Source of the DNA: Gammaproteobacteria bacterium
GTDB lineage: Bacteria; Pseudomonadota; Gammaproteobacteria; Pseudomonadales; IMCC2047
Assembly: GCA_021773395.1 (NCBI GenBank)
Contig: JAJFKB010000015.1
Location: 8,579 to 72,578, forward strand
Length of the DNA: 64,000 nucleotides
Direction: 5' to 3'
The translations under genes were made by a program, and so were the position numbers. Below, piece after piece: positions 1 through 12,545 of the stretch (position 1 is its first letter; every line of letters starts with the position of its first letter). The notes under the pieces were generated by a model. It was not told the DNA's origin. It ran no database searches and saw only the letters and a list, made by a program, of their open reading frames with translations.

Positions 1-2
1 CT

Positions 3-332
3 ACCCAGATTGTGAAGGGTGAAGCACCACAGAGCACGCTGATCCGGGCTGGTGGTATGGTGGTTGAGGGCAGTGTTAAACGTGATCCCCAGAGCCTCAA
101 AGTCGCTTTTCAAATAACAGATTATGCTGAAACGGTTGATGTCGAATACGACGGTATTTTGCCGGATTTGTTTCGAGAGGGGCAGGGTATCGTGGCGCAG
201 GGCAGACTGGGCGCTGGGAACAGGCTCGCAGCTTCGGAGGTGTTAGCAAAGCACGACGAAAACTATATGCCACCTGAGGTGACGGATGCGCTGGAGCAGG
301 CCGGATATGGTAAAGATCACTATTCGAAATAG
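3..332 (+). CDS. ccmE: Cytochrome c maturation heme chaperone CcmE (5' end outside window)
   Basis: [19 protein letters not shown] and [14 protein letters not shown] heme-binding motif; frame open to the window edge (TQIVKGEAP). Confidence 0.95.
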   Translation, partial: TQIVKGEAPQSTLIRAGGMVVEGSVKRDPQSLKVAFQITDYAETVDVEYDGILPDLFREGQGIVAQGRLGAGNRLAASEVLAKHDENYMPPEVTDALEQAGYGKDHYSK

Positions 333-338
333 CCTGTA

Positions 339-1475
339 ATGCGATTCTTTGTTTGTTTAGCGATCATCTGCTGCGGGTTAGTTTGGGCAGAAACGGAGGC
401 AGTATTGGGGCTGCCGCCGCTGGAAATCCCGCTTCTCAACCCGCAAAGCAGTGAGAAGGTAGCACTAGGCAAGCGTTTGTTTCATGATAAACGCTTTAGC
501 GCCAACTCCAAGGTTAGCTGCGCAACCTGCCACGATTCTGCGAAAGCCTTTACTGATCACGCGCCTGTTTCTGAGGGGATTGGGCAGCTCAAGGGTGCTC
601 GAAACGCTCCCAGCGTAATTAATGCGGCTTTTGCCAAGACCCAGTTTTGGGATGGTCGTGCTGCAGATCTGGAAGCACAGTCAATACAGCCTATGCTCAA
701 TCCTCTTGAAATGGGGATGAATGATGAGCAGGCGGTGCTTGCGGTTATTCTTAAAGACAGCAGTTATCCGCAGCAATTTGCCGAGGTCTTTGATATCGAA
801 CCGGCAAACATTGACATTGAACATGTCGCCAAGGCGCTGGCCAGTTACGAGCGGACCTTGATATCAGGCAACTCACCCTTTGACCGTTACTATTTTGAAA
901 ATGATCAGCAAGCGATCAGTCAGTCGGCAAAGCGAGGCTTGTCTGTATTCTTTAACAGTGCGGCCTGTGCATCCTGTCATACACTTGATTCTGGATTCGC
1001 ACTCTTTACTGACGATGAGTTTCATAATATTGGTGTGGGTTACCATAGAATTGCTGTGGTGCTGGAGAAGTTAGCCTATCAACAGAAAACCGAGCTGTCC
1101 CTCGCAAATATTCAGGCGTTAAGCGGTGATAATGCCCCTGAGTTAGGACGTTTTCTGGTATCACAACGCTTGCTGGATCTGGGGGCCTTTAAGACACCCA
1201 CCCTGAGAAATATCGAAAAGACACCGCCGTATATGCACGATGGGAGCCTGCAAACCCTGGAAGAAGTGGTGGATTACTACAATACAGGTGGCGCAATGGA
1301 CGGTATTCGGCCAGAAAATCGGTTTATTGATCCGCGTATTCGTCCGCTGCATCTAACTGATCAGCAAAAGAGTGATTTGGTTGCCTTTATGCGTAGCCTT
1401 ACCAGCCCACAATACGACAAAGTAGATACAGTACAGGCAGTGAGGGGCGATAAAGAAAACCCGGAGTTGAACTAA
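339..1475 (+). CDS. Periplasmic diheme cytochrome c peroxidase/MauG superfamily protein
   Basis: Signal peptide, CATCH and CASCH heme motifs, RNAPS, QFWDGRA, FKTPTLRN, PYMHDG. Confidence 0.9.
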   Translation: MRFFVCLAIICCGLVWAETEAVLGLPPLEIPLLNPQSSEKVALGKRLFHDKRFSANSKVSCATCHDSAKAFTDHAPVSEGIGQLKGARNAPSVINAAFAKTQFWDGRAADLEAQSIQPMLNPLEMGMNDEQAVLAVILKDSSYPQQFAEVFDIEPANIDIEHVAKALASYERTLISGNSPFDRYYFENDQQAISQSAKRGLSVFFNSAACASCHTLDSGFALFTDDEFHNIGVGYHRIAVVLEKLAYQQKTELSLANIQALSGDNAPELGRFLVSQRLLDLGAFKTPTLRNIEKTPPYMHDGSLQTLEEVVDYYNTGGAMDGIRPENRFIDPRIRPLHLTDQQKSDLVAFMRSLTSPQYDKVDTVQAVRGDKENPELN

Positions 1476-1562
1476 ATCGGATGACCGCATTCCTAATGTT
1501 CCTCTAATATGTTAAAAAGATTGGCTGTTTGCTGATCTTGAATGAGTTGGAAAGAGACGAGT

Positions 1563-3545
1563 ATGTTCCCTGAATTAGGACAATTATCACTTATTCTGGC
1601 GCTTTGTATGGCGCTTCCTTTGGCCGTTATCCCGATGCTGGGTGCAGCGAGAGGAAACCCGTTATGGATGGCGTATGCGCGCCCTCTGGTGTGGGGGCAG
1701 TTTGCCTTTCTTTTGACCAGTTTTGCCTGCCTGTCCTATGCCTTTCTAAGTGACGATTTTTCGGTGGCCTATGTGGCCCAGAATTCAAACAGCCAGATGC
1801 CGTCACAGTATAAATTTAGTGCGGTTTGGGGAGCTCATGAGGGGTCGCTATTGCTATGGGCACTGATTCTCAGCGGCTGGACATTCGCTGTGAGCCTGTT
1901 CAGCCGCAATTTGCCTGATGAACTGGTGGCTCGTGTACTCTCGGTAATGGGAATGATCAGCATTGGTTTCCTGCTTTTTTTATTACTAACCTCTAATCCA
2001 TTCTTGCGCTTACTGCCTAATTCACCAGTGGATGGCTCAGACCTGAATCCATTGCTTCAGGATATCGGATTAATACTGCATCCACCGTTGCTGTATATGG
2101 GCTATGTTGGCTTTTCTGTTGCCTTCGCTTTTGCAATTGCTGCGTTGCTAGGAGGTCGCCTGGACGCGGGCTGGGCGCGCTGGTCCAGACCCTGGACTAA
2201 TGTAGCCTGGGTTTTTCTCACCATTGGAATTGTTCTGGGTAGTTATTGGGCTTACTACGAACTTGGCTGGGGAGGCTGGTGGTTCTGGGATCCGGTTGAG
2301 AACGCATCATTTATGCCATGGTTGGTGGGCACGGCGCTGATTCATTCATTAGCGGTTACCGATAAGAGGGGTGTCTTTAAAAGTTGGACCGTGTTACTTG
2401 CGATCTTTGCGTTTTCGTTAAGTTTACTTGGTACATTTTTAGTGCGTTCCGGGGTATTAACCTCCGTCCATGCCTTTGCTACGGATCCGGCGCGCGGCTT
2501 GTTTATTTTGGTATTTTTATTGCTGGTCATTGGTGGTTCGCTGACGCTATATGCTGTCAAGGCGCCAGCGGTAGCGAGTAAGCCAGCTTTTGGCCTATGG
2601 TCGAGGGAAGTGCTGCTATTAATTAATAACCTGATTCTCATTGTTGCGACGGTCACTATACTGCTGGGTACTCTGTATCCACTGATAATTGATGCGCTGG
2701 GGGGGGGAAGGATTTCAGTAGGCCCCCCTTACTTCAACGCCGTATTTATCCCCTTAATGTGTCTGTTGTTCGCTTTCATGGGATTTGCGCCGAATTCCAG
2801 ATGGAAACGTTCATCGACAAAACCGTTGGTCAATAAACTGGTTGTGGCACTGCTTGCCAGCCTGTTAGTTGCTTCCATCTTTCCATTAATTTACGGCGGT
2901 GAGGTTAATCTAGCCGCGACGCTGGCGGTGGCATTGAGCCTGTGGATCACCATAACCTGTTTTCAGGATATGCTGTATAAGGTTGGTCGCACAGGCTTGG
3001 GCGGATTATCGCGCAGCTATATGGGAATGCAATTGGGTCATCTGGGTATTGCTGTGTGTATTATTGGTGTTGCTTTTACGTCTATCTACAGTGAGCAAAG
3101 AGATGTGCGGATGCTTCCGGGTGATTCTTTGGAATTGGGCGGCTATCGTTTTCAATTCAACGGTGTTAAACAGGTAAAAGGTCCGAATTTTGTTGCTCAG
3201 GAAGGACAAATTGCAATTTTTCATGATGGCCAGCAGCGATACCTGCTGCAGCCTCAAAAGCGGATTTACAATGCGCGGCGCCAATCGATGACTGAGGCGG
3301 CGATTGAAACCGGGTTTTCCCGAGATCTTTATGTGGCACTGGGAGAACCGCTCGGAGAGGGCGCGTGGGCGGTGCGAGTGCATTATAAGGCGTTCGTGAT
3401 CTGGATCTGGCTGGGCGGCTTGGTGATGTCAATGGGCGGACTGTTAGCACTAACTGACAAGCGGTACAGGCTTAAAAAATCAGTCACTCAAAGAAGTCTT
3501 AAGACGGCTGCGCTAGAAGATTCAGCAACAGAGGCCAAGGCGTGA
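1563..3545 (+). CDS. ccmF: Cytochrome c heme lyase subunit CcmF
   Basis: WGGWWFWDPVENAS (WWD motif), HPP, SVHAF; start placed at MFPELG (ORF track starts at 1542). Confidence 0.97.
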   Translation: MFPELGQLSLILALCMALPLAVIPMLGAARGNPLWMAYARPLVWGQFAFLLTSFACLSYAFLSDDFSVAYVAQNSNSQMPSQYKFSAVWGAHEGSLLLWALILSGWTFAVSLFSRNLPDELVARVLSVMGMISIGFLLFLLLTSNPFLRLLPNSPVDGSDLNPLLQDIGLILHPPLLYMGYVGFSVAFAFAIAALLGGRLDAGWARWSRPWTNVAWVFLTIGIVLGSYWAYYELGWGGWWFWDPVENASFMPWLVGTALIHSLAVTDKRGVFKSWTVLLAIFAFSLSLLGTFLVRSGVLTSVHAFATDPARGLFILVFLLLVIGGSLTLYAVKAPAVASKPAFGLWSREVLLLINNLILIVATVTILLGTLYPLIIDALGGGRISVGPPYFNAVFIPLMCLLFAFMGFAPNSRWKRSSTKPLVNKLVVALLASLLVASIFPLIYGGEVNLAATLAVALSLWITITCFQDMLYKVGRTGLGGLSRSYMGMQLGHLGIAVCIIGVAFTSIYSEQRDVRMLPGDSLELGGYRFQFNGVKQVKGPNFVAQEGQIAIFHDGQQRYLLQPQKRIYNARRQSMTEAAIETGFSRDLYVALGEPLGEGAWAVRVHYKAFVIWIWLGGLVMSMGGLLALTDKRYRLKKSVTQRSLKTAALEDSATEAKA

Positions 3546-4093
3546 AACGCATTAAACTTTTTGCCCCGCTGGCTATATTTGTGGCACTCGGATTATTGCT
3601 GTTCAAGGGGTTGAGTTTGGATCCCAATGAGATGCCATCTGCATTGATAGATAAACCTTTGCCGGAGTTTCGCCTGCCCTACTTGCAGCAGCCACAGAAA
3701 ATGGTGAGCCGTGCAGATTTGGTGGGTGAGGTCGCATTGGTTAATGTTTGGGCAACCTGGTGTCCCTCCTGTATGGCAGAACATCCCCATCTTATGCAAA
3801 TCGCCGAGCAGGAAGGAATACCTATCATCGGTGTTGATTACAAAGATGAACGCCAGGCGGCATTAAACTGGCTTGCTAAATGGGGTGACCCCTATCGGCT
3901 GAATATCTTTGATGAAAAAGGGCGCTTAGGCATAGATCTTGGAGTGTTTGGTGCGCCGGAAACTTACCTGATCGATCATCGTGGGGTGATTCGTTATAAG
4001 CATATTGGCGTAGTGGATGATCGTGTGTGGAATGAACTTCTTAAACCTCTGGTAGTAAAGCTGCGGAGAGAGGTGTCGAAGACTGATGGCTAG
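3542..4093 (+). CDS. ccmG: Thiol:disulfide interchange protein CcmG/DsbE
   Basis: NVWATWCPSC, GVFGAPETY; overlaps ccmF stop. Confidence 0.95.
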   Translation: MKRIKLFAPLAIFVALGLLLFKGLSLDPNEMPSALIDKPLPEFRLPYLQQPQKMVSRADLVGEVALVNVWATWCPSCMAEHPHLMQIAEQEGIPIIGVDYKDERQAALNWLAKWGDPYRLNIFDEKGRLGIDLGVFGAPETYLIDHRGVIRYKHIGVVDDRVWNELLKPLVVKLRREVSKTDG

Positions 4094-4586
4094 CGCGCTG
4101 ATGAATACCCAACGTATCGGCCTGCTGCTGGCCCTTTGGCTATTGTTTTCACCTTTGCAGGCTGCCATTGATACCTACGAGTTTAAAGATGAAAGCACTC
4201 GGCAGCGTTTCTACCAGTTAAACCAGGAGCTGCGCTGCCCGAAGTGCCAGAACCAGAATCTGGCGGATTCTAACGCGCCAATTGCGACTGATCTTAGGGG
4301 TGAGGTTTACCGTCTGCTGTCGGAAGGTAATTCTGATAGGGAGATTAAGAGTTATCTGGTTGACCGGTATGGTGAGTATGTACTCTATAAGCCTGAGTGG
4401 TCAAAACAGACCTGGTTGCTATGGCTGGCGCCGGTTATTTTACTAGTTTGTGCAGTTATCGCGCTGTTGGTTATAGCCAGGCGACGAACGAGCAGGGCGG
4501 AGCTGGTTGCTGACAACCCGCTTAGTGAGCAGGAGCAGAAAAAAATTGATCAGTTGCTCAAACAAGATTTGAATAAGGACAGTTAA
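4086..4586 (+). CDS. ccmH: Cytochrome c biogenesis protein CcmH
   Basis: LRCPKCQNQ motif, RYGEYVLY, C-terminal TM. Confidence 0.95.
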   Translation: MASALMNTQRIGLLLALWLLFSPLQAAIDTYEFKDESTRQRFYQLNQELRCPKCQNQNLADSNAPIATDLRGEVYRLLSEGNSDREIKSYLVDRYGEYVLYKPEWSKQTWLLWLAPVILLVCAVIALLVIARRRTSRAELVADNPLSEQEQKKIDQLLKQDLNKDS

Positions 4587-4587
4587 G

Positions 4588-5862
4588 ATGTCGCAATTTT
4601 GGTTTTTCGCCTCACTTATGTTGATTGCGGCTATCGGATTTATCTGGTTGCCCATTATCAGATATCGCCGGCAATTTGACCGGCAAAAAACCAGACAGGC
4701 GGTATCTGCCAAAGATATTAACCTTCAGGCCTATCGTTCTCGTCTGCAGGAACTGGAAGCTGACTTGGACCAGGATCGGGTTGAGCAGATCGAATATGAC
4801 GCATTGAAATTGGAGCTTGAGCGCAGTTTGCTGGGCGATACGGATGAGGGTCAGGTAGAAAGCGTCAGTGTTACAAAATTATCCAGTCCGGGCGGTATTA
4901 GTTTGGTCGTGGGGCTGGCACTGAGCATCATGACGCTAGTGGGGGCAGGTGCGCTTTATTGGCAACTCGGCAGCGGTCCGATGTTGCTGCAAATGGAAAA
5001 GCACCAGGCGTTGTTGGAGCAGATGACCACGATGACACCCGAGCAGCGTCTGGCAATGCTGCGAGATCAGGCGGAGGCGGAACCGCAAAGAACGGAGATC
5101 TGGTATGCGTTAGCTCAAGGCTATTTACAAACTAAAAAATTTAAAGACGCACAACAAGCCTACGACCGGGTATTGTTGTTAGTGGGAGAAGACTCTCAGG
5201 TTCTGGCGGAGTATGCGCAGGCGCTGTTTTTTGTTAATGAAAATCGAATGGATGATTCGGTGAGAAGCCTGGTTGATAGGGTGCTGGCAGTTGATCCGGC
5301 AAATGATACAGCGCTGGGCTTGCTCGGTATTGATGCCTTTGATCGAGAACAGTACGCGGATGCGATTAGTTACTGGCAGCAAATCATCGACACCATGGAG
5401 CCGGGGGAAGATGCAGGGGCGATAATCGCCGGTGTTGAACGCGCTAAAGTGTTGTTGGCGGAGCAGGCAGGAGGCGGTAACGTTTTATCCCAAGTCCCGG
5501 GCCAGCAGAGCCAGGCATCATTGATGATAAAGGTGAGTTTAAGCGAGGAACTTAAGAAGCAAGCATTGCCGCAGCAGACAGTTTTTGTGTATGCGCGGGC
5601 GATTGGAGGACCGCTCATGCCACTGGCTGCGGTCAAGCTACAGGTGCAGGATCTGCCTGCGGAGGTGGTCTTGAATGATCAGATGGCCATGAGCCCCCAA
5701 GCGCGCATGTCACAGTTTGATCAGGTTCAGGTAGTGGCGCGTATTTCCAAGTCTCAGTCGGCCACAGCCAGGGCCGGTGATATGCAGGGACAGTCTGCCC
5801 CGATAAATCTGACTGATGCGGCTGCAAGTATTAATATACTGATTGATAACATAGTAGAATAG
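4588..5862 (+). CDS. ccmI: Cytochrome c biogenesis protein CcmI/CycH (TPR + Ig-like)
   Basis: Two TMs, leucine zipper, YWQLGS, TPRs, C-terminal VFVYARA..MPLAAVK..ARISK. Confidence 0.92.
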   Translation: MSQFWFFASLMLIAAIGFIWLPIIRYRRQFDRQKTRQAVSAKDINLQAYRSRLQELEADLDQDRVEQIEYDALKLELERSLLGDTDEGQVESVSVTKLSSPGGISLVVGLALSIMTLVGAGALYWQLGSGPMLLQMEKHQALLEQMTTMTPEQRLAMLRDQAEAEPQRTEIWYALAQGYLQTKKFKDAQQAYDRVLLLVGEDSQVLAEYAQALFFVNENRMDDSVRSLVDRVLAVDPANDTALGLLGIDAFDREQYADAISYWQQIIDTMEPGEDAGAIIAGVERAKVLLAEQAGGGNVLSQVPGQQSQASLMIKVSLSEELKKQALPQQTVFVYARAIGGPLMPLAAVKLQVQDLPAEVVLNDQMAMSPQARMSQFDQVQVVARISKSQSATARAGDMQGQSAPINLTDAAASINILIDNIVE

Positions 5863-5906
5863 CGCATTATTTAAAGCGCAGTGTCAGGCATGGAGAGAAA
5901 AAACAG

Positions 5907-8900
5907 ATGCGTTTAAAAAGCATTAAGCTCGCCGGGTTCAAATCATTTGTCGATCCCACCACTGTCCAATTTCCCAGTAATCTCAGCGCCGTTGTCGGCC
6001 CGAATGGATGTGGGAAATCCAATATTATTGACGCCGTGCGCTGGGTGATGGGAGAAAGTTCGGCCAAGACATTGCGTGGCGAATCCATGACTGACGTAAT
6101 CTTTAGCGGATCTAACGCCAGAATGCCGGTCGGCCAGGCATCCGTAGAGCTGATTTTTGATAACAGTGATGGCAGCGTGAAGGGAGAGTATGGCAATTAC
6201 AATGAAATATCGGTCAGGCGAACAGTAACCCGCGAACTGCAATCCATCTACGCACTAAACGGCAGCAAATGCAGACGTCGTGATATACAGGATATATTTT
6301 TGGGTACCGGACTCGGGCCACGCAGTTATTCCATTATTGAGCAGGGTATGATTTCCCGCTTCGTTGAGGCCAAGCCCGACGAGTTACGCGTCTATATTGA
6401 GGAAGCGGCTGGTATTTCCAAATACAAGGAGCGTCGCAGAGAGACCGAAAACCGGATGCGTCATACTCGGGAAAACCTGGAACGTCTGAGTGATATACGA
6501 GAAGAGTTAGCACGACAATTACATCATTTGCAACGTCAGGCAAAGGCGGCAGAACAATACTCAGAGCTGAAAAAGCAGGACCGCTTACTTAAAGCAGAGC
6601 ATCAGGCGATCAAATGGCGTGAACTGGCGTCGCTGAATGCCCAGCAGGAGAAAGAAAAAGCAGAGCTCGAAGTTCAGCTTGAGGCGGTGCAGGCGGAACA
6701 CAGTGGCATAGAAACTGAGGTTGAAAAACAGCGTCAGCAACATATCGAACTGAATGATAATTATCAGGAAATTCAAAGTGCTTTCTATCAGGTAGGAACG
6801 GAAATTGCCCGGCACGAGCAAAATATCCAGCACCAGATGGAACGCACGGTACAGTTGCAGGAGGATCTAAAGCAGACTGAGGGTACTCTGCAGGAAGTGG
6901 ATAAGCACCTTGAGCTGGATCAGCAGAAAAAAACCCAGTTGCAGGTCGAGCTGGAAGCGTTACAACCGGAGTTGCAGCAACTGCTGAATGTAGAAACGGG
7001 TAGTAGCGATGAACTGGAGATTGCTGAGGCATCCATGCAGGAGTGGCAGCAGCGATGGGACGAATTCAACCAGTCAGCTTCAGAGTCCAGACAGGGCGCA
7101 GAAGTAGAGCAGTCGCGAATCCAGCATATGGAACAGCATATTGGCAAGTTGCAGGAGCGTACTGCTCGCTTAGAGCAGGAGAAAAAGAGTTTCGGGGAAA
7201 CTCAAACTGATACTGAAACACTGGAGTTGCAGGAAAAGCTGGAAATACTCGATGACAATGCTGAGCAGCAGAAGAGTCGTGTGTCAGAGTTGGTAGAAAT
7301 CATTGATCGGCAGCGAGAGCAGAACACCCGGTTTAGCAGTGATTTAAGTCAGGCACAACGGACTATGCAGGATATGCAGGGAAGACACTCATCGCTGAAG
7401 GCTCTGCAGCAAGCCGCGTTGGGGCAGAAGGATGCGCCAGTCATGCAGTGGCTGGAGCAACAGCAGTGGCACAAGCAACCTCGTCTGGCTCAAAATATAA
7501 GAGTTGAAAAGGGTTGGGAAAAGGCACTTGAAGTGGTGTTGGGACACCATCTCCAGGCGGTCGGCATCGATGATTGTGGTGGTTTGGAGGAACGCCTTGG
7601 GCGATTGCACAAAGGGGGTATAACGCTGTTTGAAAAAGCGGTCTCGCAGACGGCGCAAGCAGCAGACGATACACTGCTTCACAAGATTACGAGTGAATGG
7701 GATATCAGTTCGCTGATTTCAGGTGTTTATGTAAGAGAAACCTTTGAACAGGCGATGGCGTTGAGACCGCAACTGGCAGCGCATGAGTCCGTGGTCTGTA
7801 AAGAGGGGATCTGGGCGGGACCCAAATGGATCAGAGTGACTCGCGATAGCGATGAGCAGAGCAGCCTTTTGCAAAGAGAGAGTGAGCTCCAGCAGCTGGA
7901 TCAACAGATGGCATTGCTGGAGGAAAAAATTGAGATCCTGGAAGTGGATCTCGATTCTGGAATGTTGTCTCTGCGCAATTCGGAACAGGCGCGGGAAACG
8001 GCACAGAGTGAGTTGAATGCTGTGTTAAAGCAGCATGCTGAACTAGCATCGCAATTAAGTGCGAGGCAGGCGCGTATTGAGCAATTGAATATGCGGCGCG
8101 AGCGCATTTTCAAAGATTTGCGTGAGAGTGAAGAACAGTTGCAGCAGGAAAAGGAAAAGCTGAGTGCTGCACGGGAGATCTGGCAAGAGTGTCTGATAAG
8201 AATGGAAAAGGATTCGGGCCATCGCGAAGAGCTATTGAATCAGCGTGACAGCAATCGCAATAAACTCGATCAAGCGCGGCAACAGGCGAGACACCATAGA
8301 GATCAGGTTCACCACCTGGAATTGCGTAAGCAATCAATCAGCACGCAATTGGAAGCATTGCAGCAAAGCATGTCGCGATTAAAGGAGCAGGTGGCTGGGT
8401 TAACGGAAAGGAAAGATCACATTCAGGATTCGCTTGAAACCTCACAAAGTCCGGTCGAAGAGTTGAAGCAGACGCTGGATGTTGAGTTGGAGAAACGTCT
8501 GGTTTTAGAGGGTAACCTGGGGGAGGCCAGAAAACAGGTAGAAGCGGTTGAGTTTAAACTCGAACAACTGGAACAGAATCGCCTTAAGAGTGACCGTAAA
8601 GCAGAAGGTGTGCGAGGACTGTTGGAACAATCCAAATTGCAGTGGCAGACGCTAAAAGTTCAGCGAGAGACTATAGAAGGGCAGCTTAATGAGGCGAATC
8701 AAAACCTCGAGCAGCTGTTAGAGCAGTTACCTGAACAGGCTGCGGACCAGGAGTGGCAGGAGCAACGGGAGAAGGTTCAGAACCGCATTCAGCGTTTGGG
8801 ACCGATCAATCTGGCAGCAATTGATGAGTACAAAACCCAGTCGGAACGGAAGGTTTATCTGGATGCACAGAATGATGACCTTACCGAGGCGCTAACAACT

Positions 8901-9410
8901 CTGGAAAATGCCATTCGTAAGATCGACCGGGAAACCAGAACCCGGTTCAAGGAAACCTTTGACAAGGTCAACAAGGGGTTGCAGGAAATTTTCCCCAAAG
9001 TGTTCGGCGGTGGTCATGCGTCTCTGGAACTGACCGGTGAAGATATGCTCAATACCGGTGTTACCATCATGGCCCGGCCACCCGGCAAACGTAACAGCAC
9101 GATTCACCTGCTCTCCGGGGGTGAAAAAGCACTGGTTGCCATCTCAATGGTATTTGCCATTTTCCAGCTTAACCCTGCTCCCTTTTGTATGCTGGATGAG
9201 GTTGATGCACCACTTGATGACGCAAACGTGGGACGATACTGCGAAATTGTTAAGGAGATGTCAGAGAAAGTGCAGTTTATCTTTATTACACATAATAAAG
9301 TTACTATGGAAATGGCAAATCATATGATGGGTGTGACCATGTATGAGCCGGGCGTATCACGGCTGGTGACTGTAGATATCGAAGAAGCCGCGGCGCTGGC
9401 AGCAATTTAG
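5907..9410 (+). CDS. smc: Chromosome segregation ATPase SMC
   Basis: GFKSF, GPNGCGKSN Walker A, long coiled coils with hinge, LSGGEK, LDEVDAPLD. Confidence 0.98.
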   Translation: MRLKSIKLAGFKSFVDPTTVQFPSNLSAVVGPNGCGKSNIIDAVRWVMGESSAKTLRGESMTDVIFSGSNARMPVGQASVELIFDNSDGSVKGEYGNYNEISVRRTVTRELQSIYALNGSKCRRRDIQDIFLGTGLGPRSYSIIEQGMISRFVEAKPDELRVYIEEAAGISKYKERRRETENRMRHTRENLERLSDIREELARQLHHLQRQAKAAEQYSELKKQDRLLKAEHQAIKWRELASLNAQQEKEKAELEVQLEAVQAEHSGIETEVEKQRQQHIELNDNYQEIQSAFYQVGTEIARHEQNIQHQMERTVQLQEDLKQTEGTLQEVDKHLELDQQKKTQLQVELEALQPELQQLLNVETGSSDELEIAEASMQEWQQRWDEFNQSASESRQGAEVEQSRIQHMEQHIGKLQERTARLEQEKKSFGETQTDTETLELQEKLEILDDNAEQQKSRVSELVEIIDRQREQNTRFSSDLSQAQRTMQDMQGRHSSLKALQQAALGQKDAPVMQWLEQQQWHKQPRLAQNIRVEKGWEKALEVVLGHHLQAVGIDDCGGLEERLGRLHKGGITLFEKAVSQTAQAADDTLLHKITSEWDISSLISGVYVRETFEQAMALRPQLAAHESVVCKEGIWAGPKWIRVTRDSDEQSSLLQRESELQQLDQQMALLEEKIEILEVDLDSGMLSLRNSEQARETAQSELNAVLKQHAELASQLSARQARIEQLNMRRERIFKDLRESEEQLQQEKEKLSAAREIWQECLIRMEKDSGHREELLNQRDSNRNKLDQARQQARHHRDQVHHLELRKQSISTQLEALQQSMSRLKEQVAGLTERKDHIQDSLETSQSPVEELKQTLDVELEKRLVLEGNLGEARKQVEAVEFKLEQLEQNRLKSDRKAEGVRGLLEQSKLQWQTLKVQRETIEGQLNEANQNLEQLLEQLPEQAADQEWQEQREKVQNRIQRLGPINLAAIDEYKTQSERKVYLDAQNDDLTEALTTLENAIRKIDRETRTRFKETFDKVNKGLQEIFPKVFGGGHASLELTGEDMLNTGVTIMARPPGKRNSTIHLLSGGEKALVAISMVFAIFQLNPAPFCMLDEVDAPLDDANVGRYCEIVKEMSEKVQFIFITHNKVTMEMANHMMGVTMYEPGVSRLVTVDIEEAAALAAI

Positions 9411-9530
9411 TAAATGGGCGTAGTTCTGCCAGGCAAGATTGGTTAGAATTAGATTAATTTGTTGTATAACGGCCTGAACGATAATTCTATCCTGTAGTTG
9501 TTACGGGAATACACGAGATAGTGGACACTA

Positions 9531-10385
9531 ATGGACTTTTCTTTACGTGAGTGGTTAATCATTTTAGGCGTCATCGTGATAGTTGGCGTATTGGTTGATG
9601 GCTATCGCAGAATGCGCCGTGGAAGACGTAACTCAATCAAGCTGGCTATTGATAAGAAGCTTTGTTCCAGATTTAAAGACAGGGTGGATTACTTTAATGG
9701 CGAATTGCCTAGTGGTGGCGCCAGGGTGGTGGGTCGTGCACCAGATGACGCCCCAGAGGATGCTGTGTCCGGTTTGGAAGAGGGTGATGAGATTGTGCCC
9801 GAGTCTCTTTACGCAGAGGATGATCTGGGGGCCGAAGATCTTACGCAAGAGGAATTGGCCGATGAGGAGCAGGATGACCTTGACTTGGCGATGGATAGTG
9901 TCGTTGAGGAGGAAGTGCCCAGTTCCGAGCAATCTGAAGTGATACCTGCGAAAGTAGAGGAAGTGATCGTCATTAATGTTTTTGCCAAGCAGGAGGAGGG
10001 GCTTAACGGTGCGGAAGTTATGCACATAATCCTGGCCTGCGGCATGCGCTTTGGCGAGATGGATATATTTCATCGTAATGAAAGTGAGGATGGTAGTGGA
10101 TTGTTGCAATTTAGCATGGCCAACGCGGTAAAACCGGGTACTTTTGATTTAGATGAAATGAACAGTTTTTGTACGCCGGGCGTCAGCTTCTTTCTGAGCC
10201 TGCCTGGCCCTAAAGACAGTATGAAAGCTTTTGACTGTATGCTGGAAACGGCGAAGTGTCTGGTTAATAATCTGGATGCAGAACTTCACGATGAGCAGCA
10301 TAGTGTGATGACCAACCAGACAATTGCGCACGCACGACAAAAAATACGTGATTTCGAGCGCAGACAATTGTCTTTGCTCGGTTAA
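9531..10385 (+). CDS. zipA: Cell division protein ZipA
   Basis: N-terminal TM, acidic linker, C-terminal GMRFGEMDIFHR..FSMANAVKPGTF; lies between smc and ligA. Confidence 0.95.
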   Translation: MDFSLREWLIILGVIVIVGVLVDGYRRMRRGRRNSIKLAIDKKLCSRFKDRVDYFNGELPSGGARVVGRAPDDAPEDAVSGLEEGDEIVPESLYAEDDLGAEDLTQEELADEEQDDLDLAMDSVVEEEVPSSEQSEVIPAKVEEVIVINVFAKQEEGLNGAEVMHIILACGMRFGEMDIFHRNESEDGSGLLQFSMANAVKPGTFDLDEMNSFCTPGVSFFLSLPGPKDSMKAFDCMLETAKCLVNNLDAELHDEQHSVMTNQTIAHARQKIRDFERRQLSLLG

Positions 10386-12455
<2,070 letters not shown>

Positions 12456-12545
12456 CAAAAAAATCGATAATAAGCCCGGATTCTATGGCTAGTCGGCAAG
12501 TCTTTGCTAGAATGAGGGTAATTCAGGGAAAAATCAAGATTTTAT

